A stretch of DNA of 64,000 nt, from the NCBI RefSeq assembly GCF_009914755.1, contig NC_060931.1; one strand, 5' to 3'. This DNA comes from the human T2T-CHM13v2.0 reference genome, Homo sapiens. Under the pieces are notes generated by a model, which saw nothing but the letters and a program-made list of their open reading frames with translations, was not told where the DNA came from and ran no database searches. Positions 16,530 to 35,709 of this stretch are shown one piece after another (within the stretch, counting starts at the first letter, position 1; every line of letters begins with the position of its first letter). Both the position numbers and the translations under genes were made by a program.

Positions 16530-17499
16530 TTTGTTAAATCTTTATCTTGGATCTTACTTTTCCAGGAAAAACCTTTGATAATTAGGGAGTTATTTGTCTT
16601 TTGGTCATTTTTAAGGCATTAAAATGACCTCTTTTTCACTTGAGAGGAGTTCCCTTTGTTTACTCCACAAATACGTACTGAGTGCCCACCGTGTAATGAG
16701 CGCATAGTTAAATACACAAGATTTGGTCAGCAAGAACTTGTTCCCCTTTCCATCTTCTGTAAAAAGTATGGTTATGTAAGCTTGTGGTGGATGCACATGA
16801 AGGACCACCTACTCAGTCCTATCAGCTGACGCACTCCATTATCAGAGGAGTAGCAGATGCTGTAGCCACGTTGTTCTCATGTGGAAAGAGGTGGCAGAGA
16901 CGAGTAACAAAATGATCATGTATGAAGAAGGAACATGGAAACAGTATGAAAACCAAAAGTCTGAATGCTCTGGTACAGTTTTGTTTCTCTTTGCTTCTCA
17001 GCAGTACCAGCCAGCATATAAGCTTAGTAGTATAAGGAAAGAAAATAGGAAAAGGGTTAGTATTAATATACAAGTGTAAATCAGCAAAGGAAAGCAGATT
17101 CCTAGAAAAGTAGGCAAAGACTGTTTTTGAAAAGAAGGCAAGCGGCTAATAACATGAAATACCACTCAATTTTGGCCATAGAGAAGTGCAAAATAAAACA
17201 AGATAACATTTTTGACCTAGCAAATTGGCAAGGATTAATAAGTTTGATAGTTCTTGGTGTAGGTGATAGTTTAGAGATACATTCAGTTTTATTCTGTCTA
17301 TAAATTGTTGAAGTCATGTGGACAACTTGGTAATGTATCTCAATGTTAAGTTTACATATCCTTGGGTCCAGAAATTCCATTCCCATAAAATTACACAAAG
17401 ATATTTATTGAGGTATTGTTTATCGTTGCAAAAAATCTGGAAGCAGTTTCCCTTCCAGTATTTCAGAGGATATGACCTTCGCATCAGAACTCATCTGAC

Positions 17500-19570
<2,071 letters not shown>

Positions 19571-21459
19571 AGTAAAAGCATTCTTTATAGAGGGACTGGT
19601 TAAATGAATTCTAATACATTTGTACAGTGGAATGCTATACAGCTGACAAAAGAAGTGAGGTAGCTGTATATACACCAATGAAAGGTTTCTAAATATGTGT
19701 TGATAAAAATAGGTGGCAGAATATTAAGAATTTGATCTTTTAAATGTTTAAAATTATTACATAATTGTGTGTTTTAACATAGGAAATTTGAGGTTTTATT
19801 TTTAAGAGAGAGGTCTCGCTATGTTGCCCAGGCTGGGGTACGGTGGCTATTCACAGGTGCAATCATAGCATTATAGCATACTATAGCCTTGGAACTTCTG
19901 GGTTCAAGCAATTCTCTTGCCTCAGTTTCCAGAGTAGCTGCAACTAGAGATTGCACCACAGTAGCTGCAACTAGAGATTGCACCACTGCACTCCAGCCTG
20001 GGTGACAAAGTGAGACTCAGTCTCAAAGAAAAAAAAAATTAGTATTTGGCCTCACAGTCTAGTGCTCATTCTATACCACCACACTAGCTCCCAGTATGAA
20101 GACTATCTGTTTGTACAAAGACAATATATATCAGGCTAGAGAATAAGATATCTGAGCTGACCTCTCACTTTTAACTTTATGACATTACAACATACATAAA
20201 GATCCAGGAAGAAGGGAGATGTAGAGGGATTAGAAAAAGGTCATTTCCTCTTCTATTGGTGAGAATGTTGTCAGGGAAAATCATAAGCAAATAGTTTCCT
20301 AAATTATGAAAATAGAACATGTACGTGACCCGCAAGAAATTGAGGAGATGGAGAAGAGTAAAATTCTTCCCTTGGATTTCTCAGAGAGATAACTACTGTT
20401 AACAGTTTGTGTTTTGGATTTTCTAAGGATTACCATTTTAATGTCAAATAATGTGTTCCTTATTTAATCTTATTTATTGATTGATTTGTTTGTTGGTGGA
20501 GACAGGGTCCCACTGTGTTGCCTAGGCTGGTCTTGAACCATCCTCCTGCCTTGGCCTCTCAAAGTGTGGGGATTACAGGCTTGAGCCACTGTACCTGGCC
20601 TTATTTAATCAACTTTAAGTAAGATCTATTTACTCCTTGTTGTGAAGGACAAATTTAACATAACTTTCACCCAGTCTTTCTTTCTTTTTCAGTTGTTTAG
20701 TTATTGTTACAGTATGAGTGTTTGATATTTAGTTTGTTATTTTAACTACAATTGAGTCTTTTCTGCTTTGTAAATTATTCTAAGACTTGAAAACAAGGAA
20801 CATGTACAATATTATGATTGTTTCATTGTTGGGCATTGCAAAACCAAATGATTTTATTGGACTCACTGAAAAGAAAAGAGACATTGAATTAGTTTAGATT
20901 GTAACAGTTCTAGTCGTCAAGGTCTACTGGATCTTTTTTTCCCTTAATGGCAAGTCTGTTGTTTCCTTAAAACTTGTGTCTTTTAACATTATGCAGATGT
21001 TCTTCAAAACTTGATTTTTTAAAAAGGTAGTTTCCTTTTTTTATGCCAAAGTATTTTAAAATACAATTCAGAAATCTTGACCTCCTATCTCTAAATAGTT
21101 AAATAGGCATTTTAAAAAAACATGTTAACATTTTGCTAGATAGCAAAATTAGCATTATAACGTATTTATTAGCATCTATAAGATAGAACTTTCTTCTCAT
21201 CATCTGTGCCTGTTGCTCTACACTGACATACAGTTCTACTAGAAAGACAGGCTAAATGCTTAGTTCTTTCCTTTTAATTACTAATGAGGCTTTTACATTT
21301 TTTTTTAACTTTTAAAGTAGGGAGTTGTTCGATCGCTGTGCCAAATGGTGACAAATAGCTTTCTCTTCTTTGATTATCATGGCTTCATGGATTTTCATGG
21401 GTGTACATCAGTAAATAGAATCATTCTTTTTTGGTGCCAGTTGGTCACGGCTTTACCCT

Positions 21460-23258
21460 TTTACCAGTCGACGGACATTTAGGTTGTTTCCACTTCTTGG
21501 CTATTATGAATGATGTTGCTATGAACATTCATGTATAAGACTTTGTGTAGACATACGTTTTAGTTTCTTTTGGATATATGCTGGAGAGTGAAATTGCCAG
21601 GTCATATGGTAACTGTTTTTGAGGAACTGCCAGACTCTTCCACAGCAGCTGCACCGTTTTACATTCCCCGCAGCAGTACATTCCAATTTCTCCATGTCCT
21701 TGTCAGTACTTGCTATTGTCTCTCTTTTTCATTATAGCCATCCTAGTGGGTGTAAAGTGGCATCTCATTGTGGTTTTGATTTGCATTCCCCAAAAAACTG
21801 GTGATGTTGCACATTTTTTCATTTGCTAATTGGGCTTTTGTGCATCTTCTTTGGAGAGATCACTATTCAAATCCTTTACACATTTTTAAATAGTGTTGCC
21901 TTTATTGTTAATTTCTAAGCATTCTTTATATATTCTGAATATTAGATCTTTGTCAACTATATGATTGGCAGAGGTTTTCTATTCTGTGGGTGGTCAGTTT
22001 ACTTCTTGATGGTGTCCTGTGAAGCACAGAAGTTTTTAATTTTGAGAAAAGTTCAATTTATCTGTTTTTTTTCTTTTGTTGCTTATGCTTTTAGTGTTGT
22101 AGCCAAGGCTTTACCTAACCTAAAGTCAAGAAAATTTACTCTTATATTTTCTTCTATGTGTTTTATACTTTTAGCTCTTACATTTAGGTCTTTTTTCCAT
22201 CTTGTGTTAATTTTTGTGTGTGGTAGAGGAAGGAGTTCCAACTTCATTTTTTTTGCCTGTGTATATCCTATTGTCCCAGCACCATTTGTTGAAAATACTG
22301 TGCTTTAACCATTGAACTGTCGGCACCATTTTCAAAAATGAACTGACTTACAGCAAGAGGTTTATTTATGGACTCTAAATCCTGCTCCATCTATATGTTT
22401 GTTATATTAGCCCATTCTCACACTGCTACAAAGAACTACCTGAGACTGGGTAATTTATGAAGAAAAGAAGTTTAATTAACTCATAGTTCTGCAGGCTTAA
22501 CAGGAAGCATGACTGGGAGGCCTCAGGAAACTTACAATCATGGGAGAAGGTGAAGGAGAAGCAAGCACCTTCTTCTCAGGAAAGAGAGTGAGAGAGTGAA
22601 GGGGAAAGTGCCATGCAGTTTTAAACCATCAGATCTCGTGAGAACTCACTCACTATCATGAGAACAGCAAGGGGGAAATATGCCCTCATGATCCAATCAG
22701 CTCCCACCAGACCCTTCCCCTGATATATGAGGAGTACAATTCGACATGAGATTTGGGTGGGGACACAGAAAAAACCATATCACCTGTCTTTATGCCAGGA
22801 CCACACTGTCTGAATAACTGTAGCTTTGTAATAAGTCTTGAAATTGGGAAGTGCGAACCTTCCAACTTTGTTGGGTTTCAAGATTGTATTGGCTGTTTGG
22901 GATCTGTTGCATTTCCCTGTGATTTTTAAGATCATCCTTTCAGTTTCTATAAATAAACCAGATAGGATTTGATAGCAATTGTGTTGAATCCATAGATCAA
23001 TTTGAGAAGTATTGCCTTTTTAACAGTATTAAGTCTTTCAATCCATGAACACAAAATATCTATTTAGGACCCTTTGATTTCTTTCAACAATGTTTTGCAA
23101 CTTGCAATATATAGTCCTATATTTCTTTTGTTAAAATTATTCCTAAGTATTTATTCTTTTTACACTATTGCAAATGGAATAGTTTTCTTAGTTTTATTTT
23201 CAGATTGCTCGCTGCTAGAGTATAGAAATACAACTGATTTTTGTATGTTGATCTATCA
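21460..23258 (-). mobile_element. Old L1M (L1MB-like) fragment
   Basis: Antisense L1 3' motifs: ggacatttaggttgtttccac, atctcattgtggttttgatttgcattccc, tcccagcaccatttgttgaaaa. Confidence 0.85.
22403..22782 (-). mobile_element. THE1/MST-family MaLR solo LTR inserted in L1M
   Basis: tattagcccattctcacactgct...gagactgggtaatttatgaagaaaaga...gagatttgggtggggacacag...ccatatca. Confidence 0.9.
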
Positions 23259-23261
23259 TGA

Positions 23262-23444
<183 letters not shown>

Positions 23445-23599
23445 TGACCAGGCTGGTCTCGAACTCCTGATCTTGTGATTCACTCACCTCAGCTTCCCAA
23501 AGTGCTGGGATTGTTTTAAAGGTTTAAGCAAGTTTTAAAACGTTAATTGTAAAGAAAATTCTGTGTGTAAACATATTAGCTAAAGTTAAAAAGGTATCA

Positions 23600-23883
<284 letters not shown>

Positions 23884-24235
23884 TTAGGTTAAGAAAGTTC
23901 CTCTCTTTTTTTTTTTTTTTTTTTGTTTTGTTTTGTTGTTTTTTAAAGACAGGGTCTCATTTTGTCACCCAGGCTGTTGGAGTGCAGTGGCCTAATTGTG
24001 GCTCACTACAGCCTCAACTGCTTGGGCTCAAGCCATCCTCCCACCTCAGCCTCCCCAAATAGCTGGGACTATAGGTGTATGCCACCACACCCGGCTGATT
24101 TTTTGTTTGTTTGTTTGTTTGTTTGTTGAGCAAAGTCTTCCTTTGTCACTGAGGCTGGAGTGCAGTGGCATGGATCTCGGTTCAGTGCAACCTCTGCTTC
24201 CCGGATTAAGCAATTCTCCTGCCTCAGCCTTCTGA

Positions 24236-24409
<174 letters not shown>

Positions 24410-24809
24410 TGATTTCTTTTGTAGAGACAGGGTTTTGCCATTTTGGCCAGGCTGGTCTGGAACTCCTGAGCTCAAGCTATCAGCTCACCTTGGCCTCCCA
24501 AAGTACTGCGATTATAGGCATGAGCCACTGCACCCGGCTGAGAAAGTTCCCTATTCTGAGTTTGTTGATTGTTTTTTTTTTTTTTTTTTTTTACATAATG
24601 AAAAGAGTTTTTTATTTCAGAGAAATTTTGTTTTACTGTTTCTTTGATTATTTCATTTCCTCTGTTCTTTTCTCTAGAAAGCCATTAGATAGTTTCAGGG
24701 TCTCTGTGCTATTCATGTTTCTTTTCTTTTGTGCTCCATTTAACCTTTTGTTTTATCTTCTGGGAGATTTTCTTATTTTCTTTTCTTTCTTTTTTTTTTT
24801 TGAGACTGA

Positions 24810-24911
<102 letters not shown>

Positions 24912-25932
24912 TAACTGGGACTATAGGCACATACCACCACACCCAGCTAATTTTTAAAAACATTTTTAGTAGAGACGGCGTTTCACCGTATTGGCCAGGC
25001 TGGTCTCGAACTCCTGACCTCAGGTGATCCACCCGTCTCGCCTCCCAAAGTGCTGGGATTACAGGCGTGAGACACTGCACCTGGCCTCTTCTGGGAGATT
25101 TTCTTGACATTCTCTTTTAGGTTACTGGCTGTGTATTCAGCTGTGTCCATTTTGATATTTAACCCACCTATTAAATTTTTAAACTTTGATAATCATATTT
25201 TGTCAATTTGATTATTCGTGTTCTTTACTTTTTTAATTTTTGTAGCTACAGTATCTTTTTGATCCTCTCTGGACCTATTTTATTTTTTTCATCTTAAGAA
25301 CCTTTAATACAGTTATCTAAATGCAGAGTTTCAGTTTATGAAATGAACCAAAGCAGTTTGTCATTTCATACTATAAAATATTGAAAATCAAGTGCTAAAC
25401 TGATACTTTAGTTTTAAAGTTGTTTATTGAATTATCTGTTAACTCTTATGAGTAGGTATTGTTTTTTTGTCTTGGATTTTTCCTTTTGTGCTGTTGGGGT
25501 TGTCTTGAAAATGTATTTAGCTTAGCGGAATGAGGGATTAGAGTGATTAGTATAGGTTGTTGGCATGGATTTTTTTTTTTTCTTTTTGGTAACATAGTCT
25601 CTTTGTTTTCCAGTTTTGCATTTCTAGATTTTAACACAGGACCAGGCACAGAGGGTCACATTTAATGTTGAATGAATGATCAGTTACAGCATTTTTTTCT
25701 CTAACGGATCTGAGCATTGTCACATGAGATCCCTATATTGTGTAGTACCTTTTACCTTTTGAAAACATTGTTTTCATTTTCATGAGGATTTTCTGCTTCC
25801 CGACTAAGGAATTTCCTAACTGCCTACGTCCTCAGTTAACTTTTGCATTTTTACTTATCAATGAGCTATTTATATGTGTATTTTTACAGAAAGCTTTAAT
25901 TTGGAAACATCACACTGAATCACTTTCTAACA

Positions 25933-26100
25933 CCCTTAGTTTGCTGGAAGACAACTTAGAATCAGAAATAAGCATATTTAAACCCATATACCATATATCA
26001 AGAAATCTGTAAAGGGCCCTTAGTTTGCTGGAAGACAACTTAGAATCAGAAATAAGCATATTTAAACCCATATACCATATATCAAGAAATCTGTAAAGGG
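25933..26100. repeat. Perfect 84-bp tandem duplication
   Basis: 25933-26016 is identical to 26017-26100 (cccttagtttgctgg...ctgtaaaggg). Confidence 0.95.
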
Positions 26101-26109
26101 CCTTTTAGA

Positions 26110-26827
<718 letters not shown>

Positions 26828-27047
26828 TGAACTCCTGACCTCGTGATCTGCCTGCCCTGGCCTCCCAAAGTGACAGGATTACAGGCATGAGCCACTGCAC
26901 CCGGCCCTATGTGAGCTTTAATTTAGAAATATCTCACTAAATCACTTTCTAACACCCTCAGTTTGCTGGAAGAAAACTTAGAATCAGATATAAGCATATT
27001 TAAACCAATATACCATATATCTAGAAATCTGTAGAAGTGTTTTTTAA

Positions 27048-27293
<246 letters not shown>

Positions 27294-27444
27294 TGAACTC
27301 CTGACCTCATGATCCGCCCACCTTAGCCTCCCAAAGTGCTGGGATTACAGTCGTGAGCCACTGCACCCAGTCTAATCATTTGATTCTTATTGGCTCTTAT
27401 TATAAATATAGTTCAGACAGTCATTTGTATAGAAACACATTGTA

Positions 27445-27770
27445 GGGCCGGGCGTGGTGGCTCACGCCTGTAATCCCAGCACTTTGGGAGGCTGAGGTGG
27501 GCGGATCATGAGGTCAGGAGATCGAGACCATCCTGGCTAACACGGTGAAAACACCATCTCTACTAAAAAAAAAAATTCAAAAAATTAGCCGGGAGTGGTG
27601 GCGGGCGCCTGTAGTCCCAGCTACTCAGGAGGCTGAGTCAGGAGATGGTGTGAACCTGGGAGGCAGAGCTTGCAGTGAGCCGAGATCGTGCCACTGCACT
27701 CCAGCCTGAGCAACAGAGCAAGACTCCATCTCAAAAAAAAAAAAAAGTAAAAATAAAAAATAAAAAAATA
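27445..27770 (+). mobile_element. AluY, divergently paired with an antisense Alu at ~27058-27372
   Basis: Diagnostic gagatcgagaccatcctggctaacacgg and gagcttgcagtg. TSD atagaaacacattgta. Confidence 0.9.
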
Positions 27771-27953
27771 GAAACACATTGTAAAAGGAGAGGATTGTAA
27801 AAGCAATCAAATGATAACTGAAGGAAAGAATGCTCGTATCCTAGTGCATTATAATACTTGAGGTTCATAATGATGACCCTTAATTAGTAAGGAAAGATTG
27901 GATTTGCTGCATCCTAGAGTAGAGAACATTTTTAGTTATTTGGAATTATATAG

Positions 27954-28364
<411 letters not shown>

Positions 28365-29136
28365 TGACACAATCTTGGCTCACTGCAAGCTCCGCTTCCC
28401 AGGTTCAAGCGATTCTCCTGCCTCAGCCTCCCCAGTAGCCGGGATTACAGGCGTGCACCACTGTGCCTGGCTAATTTTTTGTATTTCCAGTAGAGATGGG
28501 ATTTCACCATGTTGGCCAGGCTGGTCTTGAATTCCTGACCTCAGGTCATCCACCCGCCTCGGCCTCCCAAAGTGCTAGGATTACAGGCATGAGCCACTGT
28601 GCTCAGCCTCAAATCATAAACTTTTTAAAGGTTTATCCCTGACCCTCTAAATTAGGTTATGTGCCTTGTTATATGCTCTTTTAGCACTTCTCCTAATTGT
28701 GATTGTGTATTTATTATATGATTGTTTATTCAACAGTTTCTTTCAACAAATATTTACCAAGTGTTTAGTAAATCTTCTTTTGGATTGTAAGCTTCATTAA
28801 GGCAGAGTAAGGACTGAGTCTGTGGTTTCTCCTGGCCATGTGCACCTAGCACCTAGCACAGTGCTTAGACATAGGGAGTACTTAATAAATAGTCATTGAA
28901 TGGATACATTAAAATGGCGTTAATAATGCTGCCTATCTGATAAGGCTGTTGTGAGCCTTCAATGAAATCGTGTGTAGGAAGTGCTAGTTTGCTCACAGGT
29001 TGGTGGTAACAGTCTACTGTGGTCATTGAGAGCAGTTATTGTGGACACAACCCACAGTTCTTGTCACCCCACCCACTAGCTCTGTGAACCCACATAGGTA
29101 CTTAATATCTCTGATTTTTATTTTATTTATCTGTAA

Positions 29137-29451
<315 letters not shown>

Positions 29452-29748
29452 TAGGATTTTGTAAGAATTAACCTGTGACAATGACAGTGAAACATTTAGG
29501 TTACAGTAACTTGTTGAATAGATGGTGGTTATACCATTGTTAATAATGAGTAAGAACAGTAATCAAAAGAATATGTAGAAAGTATCAGAAGAAATTCACT
29601 TGTGGAAATGCTGTATTCTCTGATGAGATAGTCGTACTGTATTTTTACTATTCCATGATCCTCAGAATATTGAATATTTTCTACTTACGTCTGTGATGGG
29701 TCATACTTTGTTAGCTGCAGTTTTACCTTGTTTTAAAAAGTACTATTA

Positions 29749-30067
<319 letters not shown>

Positions 30068-30640
30068 TTAACCTGAATAGGTTAATAACCTGAATAGGTT
30101 AATTATATTATGGAACCTAAACCATATAAATTTAAAATGCCTTAGAATGCCCAGTCAGCAAGTGACAGTATTAGAAATCAACCTGGATTTTAGACCGCTG
30201 TGTGTTCATGGATAATGTTTGTGTGTTTAGGAGACTATTCTGAATAGTGTTTCACAGTCCTTTACGTGCATCCCCTTGTGCATTGGATGCTTCACTAGCC
30301 TTTTCTGACTAAAGCATATGAAAATACAAGTGAAAAAGGCAAGTTATTACAGGAATAACTTTTCATTTTCTCTAATTTTCATATTTTAAAAATTCATTTG
30401 TAAGCATTTGATACTTTAAACCTGTTTACAGGAACTTGGTATAAACCACCATGTCTAGCCCTTTGTCTCATATTTGAATTGTTTTACTTTCTTCTTGGCC
30501 ACGTGGCCCTGACTTCTCACTTTCATAAGAAGGGGTTTGTATTGTGGAGATACAAATTATGGAGTTGTTTGCATTAATACAAGTGTTTGTGGAAAAAGAT
30601 GCCAAACTTTCCTGTGATTGGTAATGCACCTTTATTGTAG

Positions 30641-30745
<105 letters not shown>

Positions 30746-31637
30746 TGATCGATAATCAATTGAGGGGGATACCTGCTGTGTAGGAATAAGGGCTAACCTG
30801 TGTAGTCTGTCATTCTTCTCTGACTTCTCTGACCACCTCATTATTTGTGTGTATTATATTCAGAACTTGCATTATGGGTATTTAAAGTCCTTTGGAAGGT
30901 GCTTTAACTTTTTGAGGCTTTTCTTTACTCTTCTGGTGTATTGTAGCAGAAATGCTTATGCTAAAGCATGGTGTTAAGGAAAGTGCACACTTTTTTTTTT
31001 TTTTCCTACAGTATTCCACAGAAGAAAAGTACCTACACTTTGAAGGCCTCTAAGTTCAGATTCTGGCACTGTGGCCTAAGTTCAGATTCTGGCCTGGGCC
31101 TCAGTTTTTCTTAGTACAAATCATCTGTGAAAATGTGGTTGATTCTCATGATCTCAGACAGTGTATACGAAATGTTTATTAGTAGTGTACTTGTAGTAGG
31201 CTTTCAATAAATGTTAATTCCCTAATTTATGAAAGTAGTTAATGTATTCCTTTTCCTGCTTACTTATTTATACCTGGCTAAACTTCTCTCAGATGTGAGA
31301 TACCAACATGGTTTACTCCTTAAATTGTGTTCAGAAACTCTTTAATTTAGGGAGTGTTCTGAACATTTGAGGATTGTATCTGCAAAGGATGGTGGCTATA
31401 GCTTCCATTTTGTAGTTTTGAGTATACTGGGTTTTCTTGAAGCCTCTTTTGATACTGTATATATTATCTTCAAGACAGGATCGTTGGCAATCTAGGAGAA
31501 TTTCTTAAATCTCAAGAGGTATACAACTCCCTGGAGCACATTTGAATTTTATCTAAATCACCAGCTCTTGTACAGTTCAGTTAGATAGTTGAGCACTCAG
31601 GTAGCTTCTTCTCTTCCCTTCTGATTGCTCTCTGTTT

Positions 31638-31651
31638 CCACCAGATGGCGC
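31638..31651 (+). promoter_or_regulatory. Candidate CTCF binding site
   Basis: CCACCAGATGGCGC matches the CTCF core consensus CCASYAGRKGGCRS, in unique intronic sequence. Confidence 0.6.
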
Positions 31652-32009
31652 ATTTGTTCCTTAGAGAGTTGTGTCAAGTCTCCTGTGAGATCGTTTTCTA
31701 TTCAAAGTTAGTTTCATTTCTGGAGTAACGTGTTTCTACATTGTTCAGTGCACAGTAGTGAGAATTCATACATTTGATTCCAGAATTAACATGTATTTGA
31801 AGTGTAGGTGTAGTGGGACGTAAGGAACCCAGCAGAGGACTTGAACAATGAGATGAGACAAGCAGATTTCATTTCTTAAGCCATGTGATTCTAGGCCATT
31901 TGTGTGAGCAAGTGCTTTTTTTTCCCCCCAAGAAAGGTAACGAGAAGAGTGTGATGACATATAACATGTTGAGACTAATCCTAAATTTGTTTTACCTTTG
32001 TCTCTGTAG

Positions 32010-32102
32010 TCCAACCTCACAATAGAAAAAATATCTGCACTAGAAAACAGTAAGAATTCTGACCTAGAGAAGAGGGAGGGAAGAATAGATGATTTATTAA
32101 GA
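32010..32102 (+). pseudogene. TLK2: TLK2-copy exon, 93 nt ([31 protein letters not shown])
   Basis: tctctgtag|TCC...AGA|gtaagt. Open frame. Confidence 0.95.
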
Positions 32103-32720
32103 GTAAGTATTAAAATTTGGTAAGATATTTTATAGCAAGCACCATTTGTTATATATATTTGGATTATGTACATATCATAGAAGTAATTACTATAGCCAAA
32201 TAACAATGAAATAATAAACATTTGGGTATTTTTCTTTAATTGAGGGAATCTGAGTAGGAACCAGGTTCCTGCATTCTAAACACTACCTTTAAATTGGAAA
32301 TCTTATACTGTAGTATTTTAATGATTGAATTTATATTGGAGAAATAGATATGTGGAGTGTTATATTTCATCTAGAACTGTGGGAATAAGTATAAAGTGTT
32401 GTTTTCCCATTCCAGAGAAATTATTTTAATATTGTTGAATTTTATAAGCTATTTCAAAGGACTTTTTAGCCCATTTTGCTTTTTGTACCTTTTATAACCT
32501 ACTCACCCAAACTTTTTTGTGCTTACAAAAGAAACCTTTAAAATGCTTCATCTGGAATTAAATAGATATCACTAGAAAATACTTTATCAATATATTTTGA
32601 ACATGCAATTTGGCATGACTGACTCATAGTTTTTAAAGAGTAAAAAGGGCCGGACATGGTGGTTCACACCTGTAATCCCAGCACTTTGGGAGGCCAACGC
32701 AGGTGGATCACTTGAGGTCA

Positions 32721-33164
<444 letters not shown>

Positions 33165-33745
33165 CTAGGCTACAGTGAGCCAAGTTCACGCTGCTGCGCT
33201 CCAGCCTGGACAACAGAGCAAGACCCTGTCTCAAAAAAAAAAAACCATTATACATGCTCTTTACAAAATACAGAAAAATATGTCACTCATAATTCCATTA
33301 ATTGGGATTAAACATTTGGTACATTTTTTTTTTCAGTAATTTTGAGCTGTTTGAAGTAGATATGTGTGTGTATATATATATATACACACACACACACAAA
33401 TGAATATATACATAAATGTTACTGATTTACGAATAACATTGGCTAGCATTTTTCTCTTCTCTAGTGATTTAGAAGGTATAGGTTTGATCCTTATTTCTGC
33501 TAATGTGGTAGTTAATCTGACTCTTCAGGGTCCTGAAACCTCCAGGGCTACTGTGACACAGCAAGATGGGGATCGGCAACCTTGCCTTTGTCAGTCTTTC
33601 TTATTAGGCTTTGGGTACAATTTTGTTTGAATATATGTTTAATAATACAGATTATAAAAGTCACTGTACTCATGATGATCTGACCTCCAAAATTTTTTTA
33701 CTTGTATTATATTTCTGTACTTAATAAAAACATAAGGTAAAATAG

Positions 33746-34120
<375 letters not shown>

Positions 34121-35412
34121 TGAGCCACCGCATCCGGCTATTATTACTAATTTTATATATTTATTTTGAGACAGGATCTCACTCTGTCACCCAGGCTGGA
34201 GTGCGGTGGCGCAGTCTTGCAAGCTGTGCCCTCCCCAGTCCCCACCTGATGTGATCCTCCCACCTCGGCCTCCCAAGTAGCTGGGACTATAGGCATGTGC
34301 CACTACATTTGGCTGTTTATATTATTAATCAATTAATTTTTTGAGACAGAGTCTCACTTTGTCACCCAGGTTCAAGTGATTCTCCTGCCTCTGCCTCCCA
34401 AGTAGCTGGGATTACAGGCATGCACCACAATGCCTGGCTAATTTTTGTATTTTTAATAGAGATGGGTTTTTGCCACATTGGCCACGCTGGTCTCGAACTC
34501 CTGACCTGCAGTGATCAGCCTGCCTTGGTCTGCCAAAGTGCTGGGATTACAGGCGTGAGTCACTGCGCTCGGCCTATATTATTATTACTAAATTACCATT
34601 TTTACTGCTATATATGACACTAAGTTCTTATGTATAGAGTATAGGCAGAGGCAGCTTTATGACCAAATTCATAGTCATTGTTAGACTGGTTTATTCAACT
34701 GATTTCAAGGCTTATCAACAGTATTTTTTTTTATTTATAGTTCTTGTTTTATCTGTTGATGGTGGTACATTTTTAAGTGATTATTTTTCAGCAAGGATTT
34801 GTCAGTGTTAAATTTTCTCTGCCTTGCAGACCTGAGAATTCTCTCTTTTGCCCTCCCATGGAAAGACAACACTGTGTGCAGGATTTTTGTGTCATAACCC
34901 CTTGTTCTGTTTGTTCTGCTTCTCAAATATAACACACATTCTCTCTCTCTGTTTCTCCTTCAGTTTTTCAAGCATTTTGTATTTCAGAGAGGTTCATGAC
35001 CAAAGCAGCAAACACCATAATTTGTTAAATATTACCCCAGGGTGTATCTATATGTGGGTTTATATATTTTTATTTGGAAAATGTGTGATTATGTCTAACT
35101 ATGCTTTTATCCCTGTTTATATTGGTTTCTTCTTGACTCTTAGCTTGAATCTCTGATTTCTCTCCTTTATTTCTAACATGTTATGTCTCATTTTAATATG
35201 ATTGCCCCTTTCTTCTGAGTCTCATTAAACACTGTCTTCCATATATTTCTGGCATTTACTGCAGCTCATGTGAATTTTGATTTTATTGTTTACATTTTTA
35301 TTTTTTGAGACAGTGTCTTGCTGTCGCCCAGGCTGGGTGCAGTGGCACCGTCATGGCTCACTGCAGCCTTCATCTCCCAGGCTCAAGTAGTCCTCTCACT
35401 TCAGCCTCCTGA

Positions 35413-35709
<297 letters not shown>

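Noticed and set aside
25933-26100. CRISPR-like repeat array
   Set aside because: Eukaryotic DNA, with only two adjacent units and no spacers.
31050-31093. 18-bp direct repeat ctaagttcagattctggc as a regulatory element
   Set aside because: Only two copies and no recognisable motif; most likely a slippage scar.
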